DNA of 31,693 bases from a virus (Duplodnaviria; Caudoviricetes), in the IMG/VR virus record IMGVR_UViG_3300020045_002481, positions 1 through 31,693 of that record. One strand, given 5' to 3'. The notes beneath the pieces were generated by a model that was not told the DNA's origin, made no database searches, and saw only the letters and a list, made by a program, of their open reading frames with translations. Both the position numbers and the translations under genes were made by a program. How positions within the stretch are numbered: the stretch's first letter is position 1; every line of letters starts with the position of its first letter. Shown in pieces: positions 8,001-16,543 of the stretch.

Positions 8001-8175
8001 ATACAACCCGGATAAGAATGCTGACCGTATCTCCGGGAGTATATTGGCCATGTTCATGCTTAAGGAGAATGCTTACAAGGAAGAGCAGCGAACATCTACA
8101 GAGACTGAATTCTACTCCAAACCTCTCTTTGGGGGGAGCCAAGCTGTACAGGAGGGCACCACTTCCTTCTATTAG
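5050..8175 (+). CDS. terL: Terminase large subunit (crAss-like), intein-containing
   Basis: GKTRGAGFSYK Walker A region, IVFEEAG Walker B, FGTGG motif and nuclease VVDPY...ADR; about 699 aa after intein removal. Confidence 0.92.
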   Translation: MGFHNFVNTAQFSYTARDFKKQGDRYCLAPIGSREWTEWWDEEEKRCAEGYTVGGLWIPGRYYHYLNFTPIMKVDDAVAMAMYRDGRSKKDGKLSRVVSDRIMGFPRFYEVDYEWYNFKHIAWNGGEFMGIKSPGAKHVCCGKTRGAGFSYKEAQDGVYNFTFIDGSKNYYFAGLEQYLIVDGILNKVQPMLDFTNDNCIEWKKNRQKKSTLLHQKASYVDALGVERGSFSEIIGLSIDDPEKAHPHSANIITPDGPRKWKDIEPGDQVFGSDGQIINVEDTFEQGIKDIYTVTFDDGRTVQCTYDHLWTVSYWESWGGTLREHTMTTADIHKRMGYAAYPTNKIKIKINGCTDYPYQDVPIESYTMGLMLGDGSIGKSTKNRAELTMMYEDVDSISHLVPYEMNKANWGTGIRNTIDLPNAKALFQELDLFDKRSGTKFIPDVYKYNSKEIRLAVINGLLDTDGSVTRDFGVIEYCTKSQRLAEDFIWVIHSLGFGGSVKARTIKGTVYYRCYVYCKPDETSLFCLARKRNKILFKKWNKKALNKSSFVQFQSIEFSHQEHAKCIRVDAEDHLYLIEDHIVTHNTRGKRGRKIVFEEAGSFKNLKKALNVCRGSIQDGDITVGQISVFGTGGEEGVSIEGLEDIFYDPDSFDMLAFPNVWEKGYEGTTCGYFVPVWRTKSSFMDEEGNVDIVGAIESEKIIRRQKKKAKDPKVLDGHKAEYPFKPGEMFKRLSKNMFDIAEVEAQIRRVETQQTIQGMLRYGKLVRDETHGVILVPQAKDIAKPVDYYPHSSKDDLEGCVTIAARPYKDIKSQTPAGMYQIVVDPYYKEESEDLTSLFSVSVWKQYNMIDPTDEGLPIAWYDARPQQLETAYKNLFMLADMYNASIQSEIAGGGQGIVDYARRTKQLHKLDFEPEMFSTKEYASAAQQKNRSIFMNMPTEKKRMGLTYLANWHTNMRGSTPEGKSILNIHRVYWLGLLKEMKRYNPDKNADRISGSILAMFMLKENAYKEEQRTSTETEFYSKPLFGGSQAVQEGTTSFY
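5779..6804 (+). mobile_element. Intein (342 aa, Ala1, WCT triplet, class-3 type) with LAGLIDADG homing endonuclease
   Basis: DDPEK|AHPHSANIITPDG...CTYDHLW...AKCIRV...IVTHN|TRGKRG; LAGLIDADG motifs MGLMLGDGS and NGLLDTDGS; visibly more AT-rich than its flanks. Confidence 0.9.
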
Positions 8176-8204
8176 GTTGACTACTATTGCTACTATTTCA
8201 TAGT

Positions 8205-10652
8205 ATGTCAACTAACCAGTTACCCGAAGAAAAGAGACGAGTGGCTCCATCCGGAAAACCACTGCAACGTGTATCATGGGCTGAAAAGACCAAGGATAGT
8301 TATGAATGGTGGAAGCAGAACATAGATTACCGTGTTCATCTTTCCAACTTCAGCTTTGGCACCGCTCCCTCTAACCGTAAAGATCTGGGACAACTCTATG
8401 CTATCTACAACAACCAGTTCCCATTAGGATGGTTCACTCATATAACAGACCCACTCTCTGCCTCTGATCCAAATCACAAGGTTTATCCTGCTAAGGTTCG
8501 TCCCACATCTATGCTGCGTACTAACATTGACCTGTTACTTGGGGAATACCCAAAGAGGCCGTATGTCTACCAGGTAGTGAATATGGGTGAAGATGCCTAT
8601 AACAGCTACCTGGATGGGTTATCTAAAGCAGTACAGAAGAATGTACAGGAGCATTTCCTTGCAGCAGCCCAGCAGAATATGAGAGCTGCCGGCCACGATA
8701 TGCAAGAGGTTCCACAGGATGAGGAGATACCGATGCCTGAAGAAGTGAAAGAACGGTTCACTTCCAACTACAAGGACAACCTCGCAAGACGTGGACAGAA
8801 GTGGATTAAGAGGGCCATCCGTGAGTACAACGTTAAGCAGAAGCAGCTGAAGATGTTTAAGGACTGGCTGATTGCCGGCAAGACATACAGCTATAAGAAT
8901 ATTGAACATGGCAACTTCATCTATGAGCGGGTAAGTCCGCTGGAGATTGATTACGATAAAAGCCCGGGAGTAGACTTCATTGAAGATGCTGACTGGGTGG
9001 TGAGGAGACATCTGCTGACAGTGAGTGATGTAGTGGACAAGTTCTATGATGAGTTGAAAGACAGTGATCATGAGAACCTGGAACTACGGACGCATTGGGC
9101 CACGCCATTCTCCATGTATAACTTCCTGCAGAATGAGACCAAGAGTGATACCTACTCAGGTAAAGTTCCTGTGTACCATGTAGTGTGGAAGGGGAAGAAA
9201 ACAATACTACATGTAACCTATACTGATCCATTCACCGGGCAGACAGAGGAGATGACACTGGATGAGGACACCCCGATAGATGACACTATGAAAGTCACTA
9301 AACGGGAAACCGTAAATGAAGTGTATGAAGGTTACCGCATAGGAGATGACATCTTCACCCGTATGCGGCCCATCCCGGTACAGCGCAATGAGATGAATAA
9401 CTTCTCCACTTGCAAATTGCCTTACAACGGTAAGCATTACAGTGATACACACAGTGAGAATGTAAGTGTGTTGGAGATGGGTATTCCCTACGCCATCATG
9501 TACATGATTACCAACTTCACACTGGAAAAGACTATTGCTAAAAGCAAAGGTAAGATAGCCCTGATTGATCAGAACGCCATCCCCAAGAACAATGGCTGGA
9601 CAGAGGAGAAGTTCTTCTACTATGCTGATGCACTTGGCTACATGCTGGTGAATCGTAACCAGGCAGGAGTGGACAAGTCTTTCAATCAATACTCTACACT
9701 GGACTTGAGTCTGTTTGATCAGATCAAAGAACTCATCAACCTGAGAGATAGCTTCAAGCGTGACTGGGATGCCTTGCTGGGTATCAATGAACAGCGCAAA
9801 GGGCAAGTAGATACATCTGCTGGATTAGGAACCACACAGGCTGCCACCTTCCACAGCTCGATCATGACTGATATGATCTTCACCCTGTTTGAGGAATTCA
9901 CTGAGAAGGAACTACAAGGCTTCCTGGACTACAGCCGCTTCGTAAACGTAGACGGCATCCGTGCCATTTACAATGAAGACGACTTCGACCGGGATCTGCT
10001 GGAGATGGACCCTAACAGCTACTGCTCAGCAGAACTGGGACTGTTCGTAACCAATGCTTCAGAAGAGCAGATGAACCTGAACCAGTACAAGGGACAGATA
10101 CCTCAGATGATTCAGAACGGAGTAAAAGGCTCGACTATACTGGAAGTACAGCGCAGTAACAATGTAGCTGAACTCTTGGGCAAGCTGAAACGCATTGAAC
10201 AGATTGAAGCTGAGCAGATACAGGCACAGCAGGGAAGTGAGCAGGAACATGAGGCTGCTATGGAAGCAATGAAAGAGAAGTTCATGCAGGTAGAATCTAT
10301 GCTGAGGATTGATGAGATCAATGCTGAGTGGGACAGGAAAGATGAGAACACCATGATCAAAGGTGAGTATGACATCTACTCTATGGCTAACATGAAAGGA
10401 GATGGCGATGCAGATAACAACGGTATTCCCGATGCAGTGGAGATTGGTAAACGTGTGATTGCACAGCAGAAGATACTGTCCGATGAGCGTAAGACGAATG
10501 CTGAGATAGCCCACCGGGACAGGATACACAAAGACAATATGAAGCTGGCTAACCAGGAGTTGAAAATGGATGAGAAGGCCATGGCCAGTAAGGAGAAGAT
10601 TGAAAAGACTAAGCTACAGATAGCGAGGTCCAAAGCAAGCAAGAGTAAATAA
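8205..10652 (+). CDS. Portal protein (crAss-like)
   Basis: About 815 aa directly after terL, with ERVSPLEIDYDKS, KLPYNG and a C-terminal DADNNGIPD motif plus coiled coil. ATG at 8205 preferred over TTG at 8187. Confidence 0.88.
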   Translation: MSTNQLPEEKRRVAPSGKPLQRVSWAEKTKDSYEWWKQNIDYRVHLSNFSFGTAPSNRKDLGQLYAIYNNQFPLGWFTHITDPLSASDPNHKVYPAKVRPTSMLRTNIDLLLGEYPKRPYVYQVVNMGEDAYNSYLDGLSKAVQKNVQEHFLAAAQQNMRAAGHDMQEVPQDEEIPMPEEVKERFTSNYKDNLARRGQKWIKRAIREYNVKQKQLKMFKDWLIAGKTYSYKNIEHGNFIYERVSPLEIDYDKSPGVDFIEDADWVVRRHLLTVSDVVDKFYDELKDSDHENLELRTHWATPFSMYNFLQNETKSDTYSGKVPVYHVVWKGKKTILHVTYTDPFTGQTEEMTLDEDTPIDDTMKVTKRETVNEVYEGYRIGDDIFTRMRPIPVQRNEMNNFSTCKLPYNGKHYSDTHSENVSVLEMGIPYAIMYMITNFTLEKTIAKSKGKIALIDQNAIPKNNGWTEEKFFYYADALGYMLVNRNQAGVDKSFNQYSTLDLSLFDQIKELINLRDSFKRDWDALLGINEQRKGQVDTSAGLGTTQAATFHSSIMTDMIFTLFEEFTEKELQGFLDYSRFVNVDGIRAIYNEDDFDRDLLEMDPNSYCSAELGLFVTNASEEQMNLNQYKGQIPQMIQNGVKGSTILEVQRSNNVAELLGKLKRIEQIEAEQIQAQQGSEQEHEAAMEAMKEKFMQVESMLRIDEINAEWDRKDENTMIKGEYDIYSMANMKGDGDADNNGIPDAVEIGKRVIAQQKILSDERKTNAEIAHRDRIHKDNMKLANQELKMDEKAMASKEKIEKTKLQIARSKASKSK

Positions 10653-10653
10653 C

Positions 10654-10975
10654 TAAACACTATACAGCATGACTATTAAACAAGCTGAAGAGCTAGCATC
10701 CATCTACAGAATCGAAGTACCGGGATCAATGCTAGGCTACATAAAAAATCTGAAACCTGTTGTAGGGGATGAAGAAACAACAGAGGAAGTATCAATTTTC
10801 ATACGTCCATTGAATTGTGTTCCAATGCATATTGAAGAAAGACTCAAAAGCAGCCCAGTCGAGAATAAAGCGAGTACAATCTTCTCTGTTACTGAGCACA
10901 TAATCAGGCTTAAAACCAACAGCTATGAAGAGGCACTTCTATTCATTCCAATTTTTAAACACTATACAGCATGAC
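10654..10975 (+). repeat. 20-bp perfect direct repeat TAAACACTATACAGCATGAC (10654-10673 and 10956-10975), with variants at 11353-11370 and 11663-11674
   Basis: Read directly from the sequence; each copy spans a start codon. Confidence 0.9.
10669..10974 (+). CDS. Small hypothetical protein, paralog 1 of 3
   Basis: Starts MTIKQAEELASIY, ends RLKTNSYEEALLFIPIFKHY. Confidence 0.75.
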   Translation: MTIKQAEELASIYRIEVPGSMLGYIKNLKPVVGDEETTEEVSIFIRPLNCVPMHIEERLKSSPVENKASTIFSVTEHIIRLKTNSYEEALLFIPIFKHYTA

Positions 10976-11348
10976 ACATACGCAAGGATTAGAACTGGCT
11001 GAATTATACAGGCAGGCATTCCCAAATAAATTTGAAAATGATAAGTGGGTAGTATCTATTACAATAGGACTTAGCCCATTAAATGTTGGTAAAGCGGCGG
11101 AAGAAGAGCTTGCAAATAACCTGGGAGCGTATGATTGGAAATTTGGTTTTGTACGCAACCCTAATCTACAAAAGGAAATAGATGGAAATAATACTCCTGA
11201 AGAAGCTACTAAAAAAAGATGGTCGAATTCTGAGGGGGTTCTGAAATGTTCTCTGGCATTTGATGCCGGTAATGTAGCAGTAAGAACTACTAACTATAAA
11301 CTAGCTAAACAGTTCATTCCCATGATTGAACTCTATCTTAAGTACTAA
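10971..11348 (+). CDS. Small hypothetical protein, paralog 2 of 3
   Basis: Starts MTHTQGLELAELY, ends AVRTTNYKLAKQFIPMIELY. Confidence 0.75.
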   Translation: MTHTQGLELAELYRQAFPNKFENDKWVVSITIGLSPLNVGKAAEEELANNLGAYDWKFGFVRNPNLQKEIDGNNTPEEATKKRWSNSEGVLKCSLAFDAGNVAVRTTNYKLAKQFIPMIELYLKY

Positions 11349-11365
11349 CATTTAAACTATACAGT

Positions 11366-11653
11366 ATGACTTACACGCAAACAGAACAACTTGCTGAGCT
11401 CTATAAAGAAGCCGGTATTGTTCAAACAGGGGCTCAATTAGTAGGAGATGAAATAGAATTTGTGGCTACAGTATTCCCAAAAGGTGATGAGATTTTTGGG
11501 ACAATTGAACAAATGGAAGTTAAACTATTTGCAAGTATTGACACAAAGGGTACAATATTCAGCAACAAGGATGGCTACACAAGATTTAAAACTGCTAATT
11601 ACGAAGAAGCAATCTTATTCATTCCTGTCTTTAAACACTTCGCTAATTCTTAA
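11366..11653 (+). CDS. Small hypothetical protein, paralog 3 of 3
   Basis: Starts MTYTQTEQLAELY, ends RFKTANYEEAILFIPVFKHF. Confidence 0.75.
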   Translation: MTYTQTEQLAELYKEAGIVQTGAQLVGDEIEFVATVFPKGDEIFGTIEQMEVKLFASIDTKGTIFSNKDGYTRFKTANYEEAILFIPVFKHFANS

Positions 11654-11671
11654 CAACACAATCTATACAGT

Positions 11672-12820
11672 ATGTTCAACAACTTAATCAAACGACACTA
11701 TGATCCTGCTGCAGGAGAAGGTGGGGCACCTATGCCTCCTTCACTGGCAGACCTAAGTAACCCTGACTATGTAGCACCGGTAGTTGTACTGAGTGCTGAT
11801 GATCAGAAAGCAGCAGACGAGAAAGCAGCGGCTGATAAAGCTGCAGCAGATGCGGCCGGCACTGAAGGAGTAAATCCTGATGGTACTCTCATGGATGGTT
11901 ACACGAAGAATGAAGATGGTACCATTACCAAAACAGTAGCTGATGCTCCTGCAGCAGACGATGCCCCGGCTGATGACAGTCCTGAAGACTTCTTCGCTGA
12001 TGTGGACAAGCTGCACGGAACTACTCTGAAAGTGGAGTATCCGGAAGGAGTAGAACCATTCTCTCCTGAGGGAATCTACCACCGTGAAAAGGTAGTGGCA
12101 GCCAATGCTGTAGAGAGTTTTGAGGCTTACTTAAAGCAGTCAGACCCACGCTCTTACGCATATATGCTGCACAGACAAGCAGGGGGTGATGACGAGACTT
12201 TTTACGCTAATAAAACATATAGCTTGCCTGAGTATAGCACCTTCAAGGACAACTCGGACTTACAGGTAAAGCTATACAAAAGCTCTTTGTTAAGTAAAGG
12301 ATTGGATGATGATACGGCTCAGATGGCAGTGGACAAAGCCATTAAGGATGGAGTCCTATTTGATAGGGCAGATGCAGCGTACAAGACGGCTGAACAAAGC
12401 CATGAAGCTGAACTGAAACGCATTGAGGCGGCTCAGGAGCAGGCAGAACAAGCGTACACATCCAATGTCAATCAACTCAATCAGACACTTACAACTGTGA
12501 TCAATGAGGGTAAGGGAATGCGGTTCATTATCCCGGATACGGATAAAGCCAACTTCACCTCTTTTGTAAAGCAGCATGTGGAGTATGAAGATGGAAAGTT
12601 CCTTATCGTACAACGCATAGGAGATAACCTTACACAGCAGTTGGAAAGCCTCTACCTGCTGTACAAGAAGGGCGATCTCAATGATCTGATTAAGAACAAG
12701 GCTCAGACACAGAACGTACAGAGATTCAAGCGTTCCGTGGAGAAGAGCAAGCAGACACCAGGCTCGGGTGCAGATAATCCTAAACCAAATGGAGGATTCA
12801 TCGCACTGGGAAGCCTTTAA
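11672..12820 (+). CDS. Putative capsid scaffolding protein
   Basis: Acidic, Ala-rich disordered N-terminus and coiled-coil C-half, immediately upstream of the major capsid gene. Confidence 0.65.
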   Translation: MFNNLIKRHYDPAAGEGGAPMPPSLADLSNPDYVAPVVVLSADDQKAADEKAAADKAAADAAGTEGVNPDGTLMDGYTKNEDGTITKTVADAPAADDAPADDSPEDFFADVDKLHGTTLKVEYPEGVEPFSPEGIYHREKVVAANAVESFEAYLKQSDPRSYAYMLHRQAGGDDETFYANKTYSLPEYSTFKDNSDLQVKLYKSSLLSKGLDDDTAQMAVDKAIKDGVLFDRADAAYKTAEQSHEAELKRIEAAQEQAEQAYTSNVNQLNQTLTTVINEGKGMRFIIPDTDKANFTSFVKQHVEYEDGKFLIVQRIGDNLTQQLESLYLLYKKGDLNDLIKNKAQTQNVQRFKRSVEKSKQTPGSGADNPKPNGGFIALGSL

Positions 12821-12843
12821 GATTCTAAAAACACGTACCCTAT

Positions 12844-14397
12844 ATGGCACAACCTACACCAGCTCTGAAGTACAGAGTAACGGAAAGCATCTTTGATGCT
12901 AAATCAATGCTGGATGAAACCAATTTCTACCACCAGCGCCAGGGAGCTCCATCAGAGCTTACCCGTAAACTCACCTATATCATGGGTGACTATACAAAGA
13001 ATTACCCTATCTCATTGATGACCCTTGGTGGTATTGGCTATGAAGGCAATGCTATGAAGCGTGCAGCTATTGAGTTAGATGACGTTCAGTTCACTTACCC
13101 TGTAATGGGAAGATTGCACAAGGCATGTATCGTGAGCAGCAATGCTTATACATCTGGTGATAAGCCAGGTATCGGTAACAGTCAGTTCAAGATTCGTATG
13201 CAGGATAACTGGATCAAACAGTTCTTCATCATTCAATCAGCCAGAGGTATTCAGGCATACGTGCATGAGCCGGGTAGATTGATTGGCACCGGAGAGTATG
13301 AGTACACGGTATCATTGAATGCTGCGTTGCCAACTGACTTCTGTCCTTTGACAGAACTGGATGGTGGTAATGCGTGGATTGACATCACCACTGCTGTTGC
13401 AGAGAGTGAGTCCCGTACCACTGAAAGCAAAATGGCAATGCCAGGAAGCTTCAAGAATCAGATGGGTTTCATGCGTCATGGCTTTAGCTGGGCTGGTAAC
13501 AGTGCCAACAAGGTTATGAAGATCAGTGTTAAGACAGACAAGGGTGAAACCGATGTTTGGATGGACTGGGCCATGTGGCAGTATGAAATGGAATGGTTAT
13601 CTATCTGCGAACACAACTACTGGTACTCCCGTTACAACAGGAACGCCAACGGTGAAATTGCATTGAAAGATATGCTGACAGGTAAAGCTATCCCTACAGG
13701 TAGTGGTATCCTTGAGCAGATTCAGAACAAGGGAAGCTATGCTGACCTGAGTTATGACTACCTGGTTAACCAAATCGGAGACGCTCTGTTTGGCCAGTCT
13801 GACACAGCAGGTATCAGCGTTACATTGCATACAGGTCGTGGTGGTATGAGGTCTTTTGACAGAGCCATTAAGAAAGCCGGTGGAACAATCGTAGCCAACA
13901 TCCTTGCCAATGGCGGAGGTAATGTAGCTGACAAGTTCATTTCCGGTACAGGTTCACATCTGGCTTTGGGCGGATTCTTCGATCAGTTCTATCACATTGA
14001 TGGCTACACGATCAAGTTGAAACACAACCCTGTATTTGATCATGGTAAGGTGGCTATTGCACAGCAGGCTGCCGGGTACACTCATCCTGAAACCGGATGG
14101 CCGTTAGAAAGCTATCGTATGGTATTCATTGATGACAATGACTACGATGGTCAACCAAATATTCAACACGTTGCACAGAAAGGACGTTCTTTCCAACACG
14201 GTATCATAGCTGGTTTAACCAACATGCCTAAAAGCTTGCAGGTAATGACCAACAGCTTCAACATTGATAGTGAGACGAAAGCAACCTTACTAAGCACTGA
14301 CCAGGATAAGAGTGCATACACCAGATTTAAATCTGCTGGTATTCAAATCCTAAGGGCTAACCGTTGCTTTGATTTCCAATGCACAGCCGGACAGTAA
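12844..14397 (+). CDS. Major capsid protein (crAss-like)
   Basis: 517 aa; GSGILEQI, TGRGGM, LKHNPVFD and HPETGWPLESYRMVFID are characteristic; followed by a strong terminator. Confidence 0.88.
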   Translation: MAQPTPALKYRVTESIFDAKSMLDETNFYHQRQGAPSELTRKLTYIMGDYTKNYPISLMTLGGIGYEGNAMKRAAIELDDVQFTYPVMGRLHKACIVSSNAYTSGDKPGIGNSQFKIRMQDNWIKQFFIIQSARGIQAYVHEPGRLIGTGEYEYTVSLNAALPTDFCPLTELDGGNAWIDITTAVAESESRTTESKMAMPGSFKNQMGFMRHGFSWAGNSANKVMKISVKTDKGETDVWMDWAMWQYEMEWLSICEHNYWYSRYNRNANGEIALKDMLTGKAIPTGSGILEQIQNKGSYADLSYDYLVNQIGDALFGQSDTAGISVTLHTGRGGMRSFDRAIKKAGGTIVANILANGGGNVADKFISGTGSHLALGGFFDQFYHIDGYTIKLKHNPVFDHGKVAIAQQAAGYTHPETGWPLESYRMVFIDDNDYDGQPNIQHVAQKGRSFQHGIIAGLTNMPKSLQVMTNSFNIDSETKATLLSTDQDKSAYTRFKSAGIQILRANRCFDFQCTAGQ

Positions 14398-14438
14398 CAA
14401 TATCTAAGAAACTACTGTATAGAGGTTTCTGATCTCGG

Positions 14439-14464
14439 GAGGCCCCTTTTTAGGGGCTTCTTTT
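14439..14464 (+). terminator. Intrinsic terminator after the major capsid gene
   Basis: GAGGCCCCT-TTTT-AGGGGCTTC-TTTT. Confidence 0.8.
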
Positions 14465-14523
14465 GTGTCAGCTCTACCAGTAGTTTCTTCTCTTACGTAA
14501 TCAATCACCAAACATACAGTACA

Positions 14524-15450
14524 ATGATTTCATCTAAGAAACACCCTAACAGTAGAATTGTAAAATTACTCCGCAAGCCGTCATTCATTGAGGATGCACA
14601 GCAGAAAGGAGCCCCTGAATTCATGGCCATGTCCAAGAAAAGCGTAGGCTCTTTTTGGGAGAACAGTTACTCCAAAACCGTAGGCTCAGGGCTTACCTTC
14701 TCAGAGCAGAAGCTGTTATTGCCTACCATTGTTGACTGTGAACCTGAAGACAGAGGCTTCCGGGCCAAGGTAGCAGAGTACTACAGCAACATTGCCACTA
14801 AGGTTCCATTCGGTAAGGATGGAAGAGACCTTGAGATCGGACTGGAGAATGATAACAAGGCTCCGGTATCAGCAGACAATGAGCCATTGAACCTGGCTGA
14901 CTACATCACCTACCGGCACGCCATTTCCCATCCTAAAGTATCTGACAGCAAACAATCATCAGAAGGCAACATGCTGACTGAGTTCTACCTGTTTGATCCG
15001 CAAGCCCAGGAAGATCATAATGTACTGATCAGTGCTGATAAGGACAAGGCATTGGAGATGTACCTGAAGATTAAGAAGACTCCGGAGAAAGTGGATATGC
15101 TATTGACCCTGCTGGATACCGATCCAAGAGTATTCAAAGGTAAGAACGCTGCCGCTCTGAAACTGGATAAGCTGAAGGAGTTCTCTGAAAGTAAACCATC
15201 CAAGATGATTGAAGCATTTGAAGATAACCTGTTCGAGGACAGGTACTATCTGCAGACCATGATCAACACAGGTGTGGTACAGAAGATCGGAGAACGTATC
15301 ATCAACCCTGAGACAGGAGTAGCATTGGGCAATGATGCCATGGAAGCTATCTTCTGGCTGAAGGATAAAGCCAACAGCGAAACTCTCGTACTATTAAAAG
15401 CACGCATGCAGGAAGGATTGAAGGTCACTCCTGCTGTAGGAAAATCATAA
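14524..15450 (+). CDS. Conserved crAss-like protein following MCP (gene-75-like)
   Basis: 308 aa; synteny and the PLNLADYITYRHAISHPKV motif. Confidence 0.65.
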   Translation: MISSKKHPNSRIVKLLRKPSFIEDAQQKGAPEFMAMSKKSVGSFWENSYSKTVGSGLTFSEQKLLLPTIVDCEPEDRGFRAKVAEYYSNIATKVPFGKDGRDLEIGLENDNKAPVSADNEPLNLADYITYRHAISHPKVSDSKQSSEGNMLTEFYLFDPQAQEDHNVLISADKDKALEMYLKIKKTPEKVDMLLTLLDTDPRVFKGKNAAALKLDKLKEFSESKPSKMIEAFEDNLFEDRYYLQTMINTGVVQKIGERIINPETGVALGNDAMEAIFWLKDKANSETLVLLKARMQEGLKVTPAVGKS

Positions 15451-15468
15451 TCATTTAAACCTCTTCTG

Positions 15469-16524
15469 ATGAACATTCGTGAGCAGCACATTGAAGTAAG
15501 TCAAGCATCTCAAAACATCAATGCAAACGTTAGGCGTAAGCTGATGCCTGATGAAATAGACTGGCTGCTGAATAAGAATCAGGAGAGGTTCATTCAATCC
15601 AAGGTTAAACCTAAGAAAGACGGCTCCGGTGGATTCCAGGTGGATCAGATGGATACAGATAGCATACGTACCCTGCTGGTAAGTGGGAAGACGCTGCCTG
15701 TAGAGCTGTCAGATACAGACGAGTACGCTGTTCAATTACCAGCAGACTACAGCTACCTCATCTCAGATGATAGCCGTACTGTTGCATTGTGTAACGGTAC
15801 CCGGCCAGGATTGCTGACAGTTACAGAGAACATCCTGTCATTGCCATTGGCTACTACCAAGAGTGCAGCCCGCTTCTATACCACAGTTGTAATCTCATTG
15901 ACACCTACCCTGACCATTTCACTGGCTGACATCATCAACTTGTACAATGCAACCTTTACAGGCACTGCCTCAAAGGAGGAGAAGTACCTGATAAAGGATG
16001 TCATGCTATGGTACTTCAGGAATGTATTAAACCTGCAGGTCTACTGGGAGAACTACCGTACAGTGTACAAGCCATCTTCATTCCTGTTCGTAGGGTACAC
16101 AGCAGGTACCATCACTGTGGATGCTCAGTCTGCTGTGAATGGAGTATTGACTACTATCACTTATACCCGGTATGATACTACAGATGGGAACTGGAAGCCT
16201 AACCGGCTGACAGCATCTGATAAGATCAGCACCATGCAGGTTACACCGTGGACCCGTTCCAGTTATCTTACACCTATTTCTGAAATATCGAGCAGGATAC
16301 TGGGAGTTTATGGGGATGCGAGCTTCATAGTAACTGGGGTGAAGGTTTCCTACGTGAAAAAACCTCGGAGAATGAGTCTACTTTTATCTCAGGATTGTGA
16401 GTTGCCTGAAGAGTTTCATCAAGCCGTTTGCGATCTGACTGTTGAGTACTTTAAAGCTATGACAGCAGATCCTTCCTGGGAGACAAAACTCAGAGACAAC
16501 ATTACAAGATCCCCTAATTCGTAA
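15469..16524 (+). CDS. Tail/neck ring protein (crAss-like)
   Basis: N-terminal EIDWLLNKNQERFI and C-terminal YVKKPR...CELPEEFHQAVCDLTV, typical of ring/adaptor proteins. Confidence 0.7.
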   Translation: MNIREQHIEVSQASQNINANVRRKLMPDEIDWLLNKNQERFIQSKVKPKKDGSGGFQVDQMDTDSIRTLLVSGKTLPVELSDTDEYAVQLPADYSYLISDDSRTVALCNGTRPGLLTVTENILSLPLATTKSAARFYTTVVISLTPTLTISLADIINLYNATFTGTASKEEKYLIKDVMLWYFRNVLNLQVYWENYRTVYKPSSFLFVGYTAGTITVDAQSAVNGVLTTITYTRYDTTDGNWKPNRLTASDKISTMQVTPWTRSSYLTPISEISSRILGVYGDASFIVTGVKVSYVKKPRRMSLLLSQDCELPEEFHQAVCDLTVEYFKAMTADPSWETKLRDNITRSPNS

Positions 16525-16543
16525 CTACTAAAATTACATACCC

